Assembly: GCA_964384105.1 (NCBI GenBank) | Contig: CAYLJV010000001.1 | Span: 1-64,000, forward strand | Direction of reading: 5' to 3' | Length of the DNA: 64,000 nt | From: Candidatus Hadarchaeota archaeon | GTDB lineage: Archaea > Hadarchaeota > Hadarchaeia > Hadarchaeales > JAGGTB01 | Part shown: piece by piece, positions 38,202 to 47,900 of the stretch | How positions within the stretch are numbered: the stretch's first letter is position 1 | Layout of the letters: each line of letters begins with the position of its first letter | The notes under the pieces: generated by a model | What the model was told of the DNA's origin: nothing | Databases searched by the model: none | Seen by the model: only the letters and a program-made list of their open reading frames with translations | Made by a program: the position numbers and the translations under genes

Positions 38202-39374
38202 ATGCCATTTACAGTTCCAGTTGGACCCCAACATCCTGCGCTCCATGAGCCCGAGCGATTCCGAATCGAGGTAGAGGGCGAGGAGATTGTGAACGCTGAT
38301 GTTCGAATGGGTTACATGCACAGGGGAATAGAAAAGGCCCTTTCAGAGAGAAGTTATCAGCGGGGGGTTTATCTGTCCGAGAGAATCTGCGGTATATGCA
38401 GTTTGGCTCACACTACTTGTTATACTCAAGCGGCTGAACGTCTGGCCGAGATGGAGATTCCGGATCGAGCTAAATATCTGAGAACTATAACCGGTGAGAT
38501 GGAGAGGATTCATTCTCATCTTCTGTGGGCGGGAGTTGCCGCCGAGGAGATTGGATTCCAGACGCTCTTTATGACCATATGGCGTGATCGAGAGTTGGTT
38601 ATGGATCTTCTGGAGCTAGTTTCAGGTAACCGTGTGAACTACGCCATCAACAAGGTGGGGGGAGTCAGACGGGATATCAACGAAAATCAGGCTAAAAAGA
38701 TTCTTGAAAATCTGGAGAAATTAAAGAAGCATGCGGAGCATTACGTGGATGTTTTTCCTTCGGATTCCACAGTTAGAGCTCGTTTGAAGGGAAAGGGCAT
38801 ACTCACTAATGAACAGGCAAGAGATCTCTGTGCAGTAGGTCCGGTAGCTAGAGGTTCTGGTGTAGATGTTGATTTGAGGAGAGACGATCCTTACGCTGCC
38901 TACGGGGAGATCCCCTTTGATGTGATGGTTGAGCAGGATGGAGATATCCTAGCTAAAACTATGGTAAGGCTTCGCGAGACTGTGGAGTCTATAAACATTA
39001 TTGAATACGCATTAGATGCTTTGCCTAGTGGTCCCATAATGTCCGAGGAAGTTAAAGGTCTGCCAGTGGGGGTGCAAAAGGGCCTTCCCGAAGGTGAAGG
39101 AACGGGTAGAATCGAAGCTCCAAGGGGCGAGTTAATATACCATATGAGGTCGGATGGAGAAAAGCATCCTTCTAGAGTTAAGGTCAGAACTCCTACTATA
39201 GCCAATATACCTCCTATTCTGGAGATGATGAAAGGAGAGACTATGGCAGAGGTTCCCATAGTTATAGAGAGTATAGATCAGTGTTTCGCTTGCGCCGACA
39301 GGGTTACCGTAGTTGAATCTGGGTCCAATAAAACGGAAGTCATGAGTATGCAACAATTAAAGGAGATGAGATAA
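38202..39374 (+). CDS. mbhL: Mbh [NiFe] hydrogenase large subunit L
   Basis: ERICGICS (L1) and DQCFACADR (L2) motifs, followed by a cleavable tail. Confidence 0.93.
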   Translation: MPFTVPVGPQHPALHEPERFRIEVEGEEIVNADVRMGYMHRGIEKALSERSYQRGVYLSERICGICSLAHTTCYTQAAERLAEMEIPDRAKYLRTITGEMERIHSHLLWAGVAAEEIGFQTLFMTIWRDRELVMDLLELVSGNRVNYAINKVGGVRRDINENQAKKILENLEKLKKHAEHYVDVFPSDSTVRARLKGKGILTNEQARDLCAVGPVARGSGVDVDLRRDDPYAAYGEIPFDVMVEQDGDILAKTMVRLRETVESINIIEYALDALPSGPIMSEEVKGLPVGVQKGLPEGEGTGRIEAPRGELIYHMRSDGEKHPSRVKVRTPTIANIPPILEMMKGETMAEVPIVIESIDQCFACADRVTVVESGSNKTEVMSMQQLKEMR

Positions 39375-39375
39375 A

Positions 39376-40317
39376 ATGTGGGGTCTCGATTTCTTGTTTT
39401 CCTATCTAATATTTCCAGGTGTCATATTTGCAACAGTTTTAGGGTTACTTTTCGAAGGAATTGATAGAAAAATTGCAGCCCATATGCAGAGCAGGATAGG
39501 TCCCCCTGTATGGCAGCCCTTCTTCGACCTTGGTAAGCTCCTTTCGAAAGAGGATATCACACCCCAACGTGCCCAAAGGTGGGCTTTCATAGGTGCCCCT
39601 CTAATCGCTTTCGGTGCCGTTATTACTGTAATGACGATGATTCCTGTTAATTCGGCGGTTGCGGCTTTTAGCTCTGCAGCCGATCTATTGGTAATTATTT
39701 ATTTGCTTAATATCCCCGCAGTGGCTTTGATTATCGGCGGCTACGCGTCTTCAAGTCCGTTTGGAGTTATGGGATCTGGAAGATATGTTGTCCAGCTTTT
39801 TGCTTACGAATTTGCGTTCATCGTGGCTGCGCTTACAGTGGTTGCGCAGGTGGGATCATTGGGTCTGGCCGAAATAGTGAACTATCAGGCGTCCAATAGC
39901 TGGTTGCTGTTCGAGATGCCCTTGGCTTTCATTGCGGCTGTGCTAGTAGCTCCAGGTAAACTGCTTAAGACTCCTTTCGATATCCCCGAGGCCGAAACTG
40001 AGATAGTTTCTGGTCCCCTTACCGAATATTCAGGTCCAAAACTAGGTATTTTCAAAACTGTGTTCAATATTGAAATACTTGCTCTGGTAGGATTCATCAC
40101 TGCACTCTTCCTGGGTGGTCCCGTATCCCATACGATTGGAGGAGTTTACATCCCTGGTATAGTGTCTTTCCTGATCAAGGCAGTTGCTCTGCTGATACTT
40201 GTCACGTTGATAAGGTGTGTTACTGCCCGTGTAAGGATCCACCAGGCGTTAAAATTTTACTGGTTACCTGTGGTGGCAATAGCGTTGATAAACTTCATTG
40301 TAGTGGTGGTGTTCTAA
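39376..40317 (+). CDS. mbhM: Mbh subunit M (NuoH-like)
   Basis: DRKIAAHMQSRIGPP, PFDIPEAETEI..G...EYSG. Confidence 0.92.
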   Translation: MWGLDFLFSYLIFPGVIFATVLGLLFEGIDRKIAAHMQSRIGPPVWQPFFDLGKLLSKEDITPQRAQRWAFIGAPLIAFGAVITVMTMIPVNSAVAAFSSAADLLVIIYLLNIPAVALIIGGYASSSPFGVMGSGRYVVQLFAYEFAFIVAALTVVAQVGSLGLAEIVNYQASNSWLLFEMPLAFIAAVLVAPGKLLKTPFDIPEAETEIVSGPLTEYSGPKLGIFKTVFNIEILALVGFITALFLGGPVSHTIGGVYIPGIVSFLIKAVALLILVTLIRCVTARVRIHQALKFYWLPVVAIALINFIVVVVF

Positions 40318-40318
40318 A

Positions 40319-40648
40319 ATGCCGAGGATAATTCCTGACGTATTGAAGAACCTTTTTAGCAAACCAGTGACCTTAAAGTATCCCTACGAAAGAATTGAGC
40401 CCCCTGAAGATTTCAGAGGAAAACCTGTAGTAGACAAGGATGAATGTGTGGGTTGTGGAATTTGTGCCAGAGTATGTCCTGCGTGGGCTATTACATATAC
40501 TGAGGATAAAAAGCCGATATACGACTATGGTAGGTGTATCTATTGTGGTGAGTGCGCGGATAACTGCCCCACTGACGCCATAAAGATGACAAAGGAATAC
40601 GAACTCGCGGTTCTCGATAAGGAAGATCTGATCGCCGAGCCCGAATAA
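40319..40648 (+). CDS. mbhN: Mbh subunit N (NuoI-like 2x[4Fe-4S])
   Basis: CVGCGICARVCP, CIYCGECADNCP. Confidence 0.92.
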   Translation: MPRIIPDVLKNLFSKPVTLKYPYERIEPPEDFRGKPVVDKDECVGCGICARVCPAWAITYTEDKKPIYDYGRCIYCGECADNCPTDAIKMTKEYELAVLDKEDLIAEPE

Positions 40649-40773
40649 TAGGGATAAGATATATTCCAATTGCTAAGGTCGATCTATTTCCTTAATATGG
40701 CTTTTTAAGTTAATTCTATTACCTGAGAAAATCACAAATAATGTTTTAAGGTAATTTAAAGGAATTATTTATA

Positions 40774-40935
40774 ATGCCTGAAAGTAAAAAAGCCGAGTCC
40801 GGTGGTTTACCCAGGCGCTCTAAGTTAAAAGAAATTGAACCTGTAAGAGAGTCTAGTGGTATAGATCTTATTGCGTTAATTTTATTGTTCGTAGCTTTAG
40901 TTGCTAATATAGTAGTACTACTTTCTTTGTTGTGA
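40774..40935 (+). CDS. Small single-TM protein (53 aa)
   Basis: My translation MPESKKAES...DLIALILLFVALVANIVVLLSLL; TTTAA boxes upstream. Confidence 0.45.
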   Translation: MPESKKAESGGLPRRSKLKEIEPVRESSGIDLIALILLFVALVANIVVLLSLL

Positions 40936-41018
40936 TCTTTTTTCTTAGTGTTGTTCTCTCGCTGTTGGTTTCTTCTGGATTCGTAGATGTCTGTGTCTGG
41001 TAATAGGGGGTTTAAAAA

Positions 41019-41330
41019 CTAGCCTTCGTTTTCTTCTTTGGATTTTTCATTTTTACCTTTTTCAAGTACTTTTGCGACTTCGTATCCCGCTAGTATGCTT
41101 AGACCCACAATAGTAAAGAAGGCTATCTGTGACCAAATCAGTCCAGAAGTTTTGTATATGGAGTAAGTTGCACCCCTATAAATTAGAAATGCACCGAAAA
41201 CAGCTCTTATCGCTCTGAATGTGTGTGGGAGAGGAGAGCCTTTGAAGTAGTAGATAATAGAGAATATAGCCTCTGCGATTAAAAAAATACCTATAAAAAT
41301 GAGTATGTTAGACCCTAGTACCACTACCAT
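41019..41330 (-). CDS. Hypothetical membrane protein
   Basis: Three TM segments. Confidence 0.6.
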   Translation of the reverse strand: MVVVLGSNILIFIGIFLIAEAIFSIIYYFKGSPLPHTFRAIRAVFGAFLIYRGATYSIYKTSGLIWSQIAFFTIVGLSILAGYEVAKVLEKGKNEKSKEENEG

Positions 41331-41394
41331 TCTTTTTTCTTCTCCCTTGCCTGGTTGGACTTTTGGTTTTCGATGCGTAAATACTTATTATCGA

Positions 41395-41850
41395 TCAGAG
41401 GCCGCCAGATTTCTTTCTTCTGGTTCTTCTTCCTTTAAATATTCCAGATTCTCCTACAAGGTACATCATTATCGCTGAGATAAGCCCTATTACTATTCCT
41501 GCAATTACTAGGTAGAGTCCCCATCCGGTAGAAAGTACTTCCGGGATATCGGATGTGAAGATTAACACACCTATCAGGGCTAATATTCCACCGATTATAC
41601 CGAGTCCAGAATCTACGATTGGTTTCATGTTTTCTAATGCTCTACTGTGGAACAGATCATATCCTATCATTGATCCGATAATTGATATCCATCCACCTAA
41701 GAATGTGAGAATTGCTTTATTATCTTCGAATCCTTTGACTTCTAGTGTTCCGGCTTTTGCCCACGGGAAGAAAAATCCGATTATCATAAGTATTCCGGCG
41801 ATTCCCATTAGTCCGATGAAAATCTTTCTATACAAATTCTTTTTAGCCAC
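41395..41850 (-). CDS. Hypothetical membrane protein
   Basis: Four TM segments; FFPW and GWGLYL motifs. Confidence 0.7.
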   Translation of the reverse strand: MAKKNLYRKIFIGLMGIAGILMIIGFFFPWAKAGTLEVKGFEDNKAILTFLGGWISIIGSMIGYDLFHSRALENMKPIVDSGLGIIGGILALIGVLIFTSDIPEVLSTGWGLYLVIAGIVIGLISAIMMYLVGESGIFKGRRTRRKKSGGL

Positions 41851-42011
41851 GAAAACACCTGTTACTCTCTTTTTCTTCTTTTTTTAAAGCCCTTTGGTTT
41901 TTCATTGTTTATATTACTTTCATTAATTTCTTCTTTTGGTGCTAAATCGAGGATTTTCGGCGGCCTAAGATATTTTTTCTTAAAAAATCCCCTTTTTCAA
42001 ACAGTAAATAG

Positions 42012-44921
42012 GTGGTATTCTTTCATTTTTTTTCTAAGAGAGTATTCATACTCTTATCAACTTCTATTATATTATTGGGATTTTCGGGTTGTTCTACTGC
42101 ATCTGAAAGTTGGGATAGAAATTGTGTGCACGATTTTCAAGGAGGATTAGAAGTTAAAGGCAATTTAGAAAATTTAACACTCTCGGAATCAGGGTATCTC
42201 CATCTTCCAGTTAAGAAGTATTTTGGAAATGATTTTGTTATAAGAGATTATAGGACTGATAATACGAAACTCACTTCTCGTGAAATAAAATTATCTTTTA
42301 GATTTGTCACTAAAAGTTCGAAAAAGTTGGTTAGAGTTCTTTTGAGGATATATCAACATGGCTCTGGTAGAACTTGGAATTTTAGGTTGGAAGATGACGA
42401 GATGGGAAAGCCCAGTGGAGATTTAGCTTGGCCGGGGGCTAGAGGTTCCGCTTATATAGACAGTAGTGGAAAGATCGAGATAGACCTAAGTTCTCCCGGT
42501 ACTGTGGAGCAGGGCAATGCCTATCATTTTGTTATTTCTGCTTCAGAATCTGTAAATTCTAACAGTTACATTAATCCGCATACACCTGCTGTGGCTAGTG
42601 AGAAAAAGGGAACAGGGGCATTTTATTCCAAAGATAGGGGTAATTCTTGGTCAAGTTTGTCCAGAGAACCTGTTTACGTCCTTTACTACTCTGACGGATC
42701 TGGTGAAGGTAATCCTTACTACATAGATGGCGTGTCTGAGGTTTATGGTAGTTCCAAGGATAAAGAAGCAAATTTTGTTGGTCAGGTTATTTCTCCGGGG
42801 TCTGAATCCGGGGAATTGCGAGATATCATGAATGTGGGTTTTATGGTTAGACGGAATGGTAATCCGAAAGATAACCTTTATTTTTGGATTTATGATCTTG
42901 CTGAGTCAGAATATTTGATCGACAATACTGTAATTTCAGACAATTCTGTAAGCGAGGAGGTTTTTGAATGGCAGGATGTAAGCTTTCAATCTTTAGACTT
43001 TGAAGCGAATAGAAATTATCTTTTTTACCTCTCATCGCCAGGTTCTGGGGAGGCCGGTTATGAGTTGAAGACCTGTAAATCATACTCAGCTAATCTCTGG
43101 TCCAATCTGACTTACGGTGGAAGAAGTTCTCTTTTTGTAGAAAGTAGGAGCTCTGGAGAAGCCAGATTAGGTGAGGATATTTTTGGAGTCAGTGGAATAA
43201 TCTTCGAGAAGGAAAAAAATGAGGATCTAACTTTTAGGATAGGATCCGAGGCTCCATTCAAACGCGGAGTTTACACTTCACCTGTTATAGATGCTAAAAA
43301 AGAATTTGGTGCAGAAGAACATGTGGGCTGGAAAAGGATATATCCAGATTTTAGCGTTCCGGAAAATACTCTTATTCAGATAGAAACGAGGAGCGGGGAT
43401 TGGGCAGGACATGATGTTACTTGGAATGGCTGGAAGGAAATTTCAAGTTCTGGTGAGATATTTTCTTCTGATTCCAGATATCTGCAATATCGAGCTACCT
43501 TTGCGAGATCCGAAAACTTGGGTTCCCCAGTTTTGAGGGAAATAAAAGTTGAGGTTGAGGATGTTGTAGGTCCTTCTTTTTTGGATTTTTCTCCGGTTGA
43601 GGGCGAAGTTATTGCAAAAAGAAACCCTGAAATCCGAGTTTCGACTTCGGACGATTTTTCCGGAGTTGATCATGGAAAGGTCAGGATGTGGATTAACGGT
43701 GATGAGGTTTTAACCAGTTTTGATGCGGGCAACAGGGAGATCAGATATAATATTTTTAGGCATTTTGAGATGGAGAACATTGAGGTTAAGCTTCGTGTTT
43801 TTGATAGGGCTGGAAATAGTGCGACTAGATCTTGGCACTTTAAAATTGATAGAAAAGCTGTAACTCGCCATCTTACTAAAAAAACTTTCTTAAAAGGCTC
43901 AAGCGAGGGAGTTAGGTATGAACCCGTCTCGGATATTCTATCGCTTGAGAATTCATCTGATGGTTACCATAGCGAGGGAAATTTCGTTTCCCCAATTTTT
44001 GATGTAGGGACACAGGTTGGGTGGGGTCAATTTTGGATGGATAGAAAGGTTTCCGAAGGAACGGGCACTTTTATCGAATTCAGATCTTCTGTCGATAATT
44101 TGAATTGGTCCGATTGGGTGACTCTTGGCAGTAATAAAATTATACCGGGTGTTAGAGGTAGATTTTTTCAATACAGAATAAGTCTTTTTACAGACGATAA
44201 GCGAGAGACTCCGGAGCTTCGAAGAATAGGCGTTGCAGGCTTCGATGTGATAGAGCCCGAGGTTGAGCCGATCTCCTCGCTTTTTGGGGGCTCCACGAAT
44301 TCTTCCAGACCTCTTTTTTCTGTCCACGTTGCGGATGATCTATCTGGGATTTCCATTTCCCGAGTGAAGGCCGGGGTAGATGGAACTGAAATCGAAGGTC
44401 TTGAGTTTGATCGGGAGAACAACAGAGTCTGGTTTCGGCCTAAAGATCCCCTTTCAGAAGGGCGACACACGTTTTCTCTGTATGTTGAGGATAGAGAAGG
44501 AAACTCTTCGAGTAATACTTGGCAATTTCGGATTGACATTACCGAGCCTGAATTGAAAGTAAGCTTTCCTATCTCGGGTTATGAGACAGATAAGAAAGGT
44601 ATTCCAGTAAGGGGAATAGTTTCTGAACCTTCTGCGAAGGTGTTTGTAGAGGGCTCCAGAGCTGTGGTAAAGGATGGTTGCTTTGAAGAAAATGTTATGC
44701 TTTTTGAAGAAAATAACAAGATCACTGTCGTAGCAGTTGATAATGCAGGTAATAGATCAAAGGAGACCGTTACAGTAAACTATGTTGATTCTATTTGGAT
44801 ACTGGAAAATCTTGAAATATTTGCCTATGCAGTTTTTGGCCTAATTATCGGATTTTTACTTTCTCATTTTGATATCAGGACAATAATTTCTAAAAAAATT
44901 GATTTTCTGAATTCTAGGTGA
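42012..44921 (+). CDS. Large secreted/surface protein with beta-sandwich and Ig-like repeats, C-terminal TM
   Basis: N-terminal hydrophobic signal; repeated G.F/Y.SP..D...W...RY/FQYR units; D.AGN Big-domain motifs. Confidence 0.8.
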   Translation: MVFFHFFSKRVFILLSTSIILLGFSGCSTASESWDRNCVHDFQGGLEVKGNLENLTLSESGYLHLPVKKYFGNDFVIRDYRTDNTKLTSREIKLSFRFVTKSSKKLVRVLLRIYQHGSGRTWNFRLEDDEMGKPSGDLAWPGARGSAYIDSSGKIEIDLSSPGTVEQGNAYHFVISASESVNSNSYINPHTPAVASEKKGTGAFYSKDRGNSWSSLSREPVYVLYYSDGSGEGNPYYIDGVSEVYGSSKDKEANFVGQVISPGSESGELRDIMNVGFMVRRNGNPKDNLYFWIYDLAESEYLIDNTVISDNSVSEEVFEWQDVSFQSLDFEANRNYLFYLSSPGSGEAGYELKTCKSYSANLWSNLTYGGRSSLFVESRSSGEARLGEDIFGVSGIIFEKEKNEDLTFRIGSEAPFKRGVYTSPVIDAKKEFGAEEHVGWKRIYPDFSVPENTLIQIETRSGDWAGHDVTWNGWKEISSSGEIFSSDSRYLQYRATFARSENLGSPVLREIKVEVEDVVGPSFLDFSPVEGEVIAKRNPEIRVSTSDDFSGVDHGKVRMWINGDEVLTSFDAGNREIRYNIFRHFEMENIEVKLRVFDRAGNSATRSWHFKIDRKAVTRHLTKKTFLKGSSEGVRYEPVSDILSLENSSDGYHSEGNFVSPIFDVGTQVGWGQFWMDRKVSEGTGTFIEFRSSVDNLNWSDWVTLGSNKIIPGVRGRFFQYRISLFTDDKRETPELRRIGVAGFDVIEPEVEPISSLFGGSTNSSRPLFSVHVADDLSGISISRVKAGVDGTEIEGLEFDRENNRVWFRPKDPLSEGRHTFSLYVEDREGNSSSNTWQFRIDITEPELKVSFPISGYETDKKGIPVRGIVSEPSAKVFVEGSRAVVKDGCFEENVMLFEENNKITVVAVDNAGNRSKETVTVNYVDSIWILENLEIFAYAVFGLIIGFLLSHFDIRTIISKKIDFLNSR

Positions 44922-47900
44922 TCCTTCTGAAAAGGTTGTTATCTCTTATTGTGATTTTTCTTGTTTCGCTTTCATTTATTCAGGTAGTTTCTGCTGATTC
45001 TATCGACCTTGATTTTGATAATCCAGATGTATATTTTGAAAATATTGAAATGGGATCTTCAGAAAATGAAGATTTTCTTTTTTTGGACAGCAAAATAGAA
45101 GTTTGGAACCAGACGGTGTGGGAAGAAAATGTCGGATACTCCTTTAAGGAGAATATAGTTGTTGGAGAAAAACTTTCTTTAAGATCGATCGGTTCTAGAA
45201 GTGTCGCGGATCATATAGTCATATCCGAAATCTGTGTTGGTACGAAGGATTCCACTGAGGAATATGTTGAACTTTACAATCCTGATAGTTCTCCCGAAAA
45301 TTTGAAATCTTTGACTAGGAGCGGGAATGGAGAACTCGACCTGAAGTTTTTGAATTCTGATAATTCTTTTGTTAGTAAGGAAATAAAGTGGATCAACGAC
45401 TTGATACCTCCACACGGATATTTTCTCTTTGGCAGTGATAATTCTGTCTCCGGAACAGAAGCTGACGCTGTATTTTCTGAGGACTTGTCCAGACGAGGTG
45501 CAGTGAAGATTTCTGATGAAGAGGGAATAGTCTTGGACAAAGTTGGGTGGGGTTCACCGATTCCGAGTAGCGCGTTTGAGGGTACCGGAATTTCAAAGGA
45601 ATTGAAGACTGGAGAGAGTATCGAAAGAAAATCCAAAATGAATTCCACGGAGGCGGGAATGAAATTTGAGAATAATAATTATGGAAATGGATACGATTCA
45701 GATAATAATTCAAATGATTTTGTCTTTCATGAGGATTTCTATAGCCCAAATAATGATAACTCCGAGGCGGGGTATTCAAAATCTTTTTCATATTTTAAAT
45801 CAGGTTTCTTACAGTCTCCTACTTTCAGTATCGGTGAGTCCATGGAGTGGGAAAATTTGGAGTGGACTGAAACCGAACCTTTCTTTGGATTACGTTCACC
45901 GGAAAATCTAGTAGTCGATGATAGGAGATTGAACGAAGGCTTCCTGTTGGAGAATATTGTGGGATCCGATAATGAAGATAATTTTTCCTCTGAGATTTCT
46001 GAGATATCTCAGAACAGGAATGTCGTTTCTAACTCCGAATTCGAAAATTGGTCTTCAGGTTCTCCAGTTGGTTGGGACTCATATTTTCTTGAGCAAGATA
46101 AAGCAGATGATCTGAGTATAGAAGAGGAGGGTGGCTCTTTGGAGATTAAGTGTCAAGCATCTTTACCTGGCTTGATCGGAGGTGGGGTGGAACAAAATGT
46201 CTGCGAGGAAAATATTACTCATGAAAATGAACCTGAATTGAATTACTCCGTTTTCTATAACTACGGGAGTGATACCGAGAACCTTAATCTCAGAGGAGGT
46301 GCTCTGGAGGTCGAACTCTGTTCTGGCGAGAGGTTGAGATACGTTGACTGGTACGAGGATAACAACATTCCAGAAAATAGAGAGAACTTGAAGTACATCG
46401 ATTTTGGGAACTTAGGATACAGAAGTTGGAGAGATCATAATGTAAATCTTCATAGCGGTTTGGAGAAAGCATTTGGTAGTCGATATGGTTGTATCGAGTG
46501 GATCAGACTACTCAACATAGAAAACAACGAAAATGGCCGAGGTTCAAATGTCCAGTGGTTTTTTGACAATATTGGCTTGATCTCCGAGTTTCGTGGAGAA
46601 ATAAATAGAACAATTCTTCGAAACTTTTCAGAGCCTATTTCTGGTAGGTCCAGGAATGTGGATAATTTGTATATTCCCTTGAGTATTTCTACCTTCGAAA
46701 ATTCCGTAAATTACCGTTTTAGTTTATATGATTGGTCCAGTAAAGATTGGAAATTTTTGGGATCGGGAACAGCGGGGGCTTCGGGTTCTAAAAGATTTTT
46801 TGAAATTTCGGAGAACAATAAAAGATATTTTTCGGAAAATAAAGTTGTTCTTACTACACTGGTTGCCGAAAATTCCCTTAGTCCCTTCTCGGTCTCGGTT
46901 GATGATCTGGATTATATTGTCGATTATAGACCCTCTGCATATGTTAATTCTTTCGAAAATTTCGATGGCGAGGTTTTGGGCTCTACTTCTGCGGATGTTT
47001 ATTTTAGAACGAGTTCGGATTCTGAAAACTGGTCAGCTTGGAAAGGTCCTTTTGAAGACCCTAATAGAGAGATTGGTCTATTAGAAAATAATTATTTTCA
47101 GTACAAAGTCACTTTTGAGAGTGAGAGTTCTTTTATAACTCCTACTTTGAGTGATATTAAATTGTCTTATATAATCCCATCTAGTAGTGGCGCTTTCATC
47201 TCTAAACCATTTAAAATGGGATATGTTTCTGAACTCGAATTTGACTGGCTTTTGAAGAATCGATCTGGTTCATTGGATTTTAGGTTCCGAAGTTCTGAGA
47301 ATGGAGATGAGTGGACAGATTGGTCCGAGCCGTTAACGCAAGGTTCTGTTGTGGGGAGCTCCATTTATGGAAAAAAGTTCTTTCAGGTCAGAGCCGATTT
47401 TTATAGGAAAGGGGGGAGGAAACCTTCTCCTATTCTAAAAAAATTCGAAATCTCCTACGTCCCAGATTCTGAACCACCGAAGATCAAGATTTTGGATAGA
47501 GCGAGCACAGAAACTATGGCCAGAGTTGCCGCTAGGATTTCGGATAATAGTGGTGTTTCAAGAGAGGATATAGAGTTTCTTATAGACGGCTGCGAAGTTC
47601 AACCGCATTACGATTCTAAGGGTGGAGAAATTTGGACCCGGATAGCCCTGGATGATGGTATTCACTCATTCTTTCTTGGAACCGCGGATGTTCACGGTCA
47701 GAAGGGCGAGAGATCTTGGGATTTTACAGTTAATTCCGAACCACCAGAGGCACCTCGATTGGATAATCTTCCTACTTTCGTGAATTCTGATGAGCTTCAA
47801 GTCACCGGGAGTATAGATTTAATGAAGAATTTTGGGGAATCTTGGAGCGATTTACCAGCGGATCCACCTGTGGGAGTTGGAAGTTGCAACGGGCACAGAC

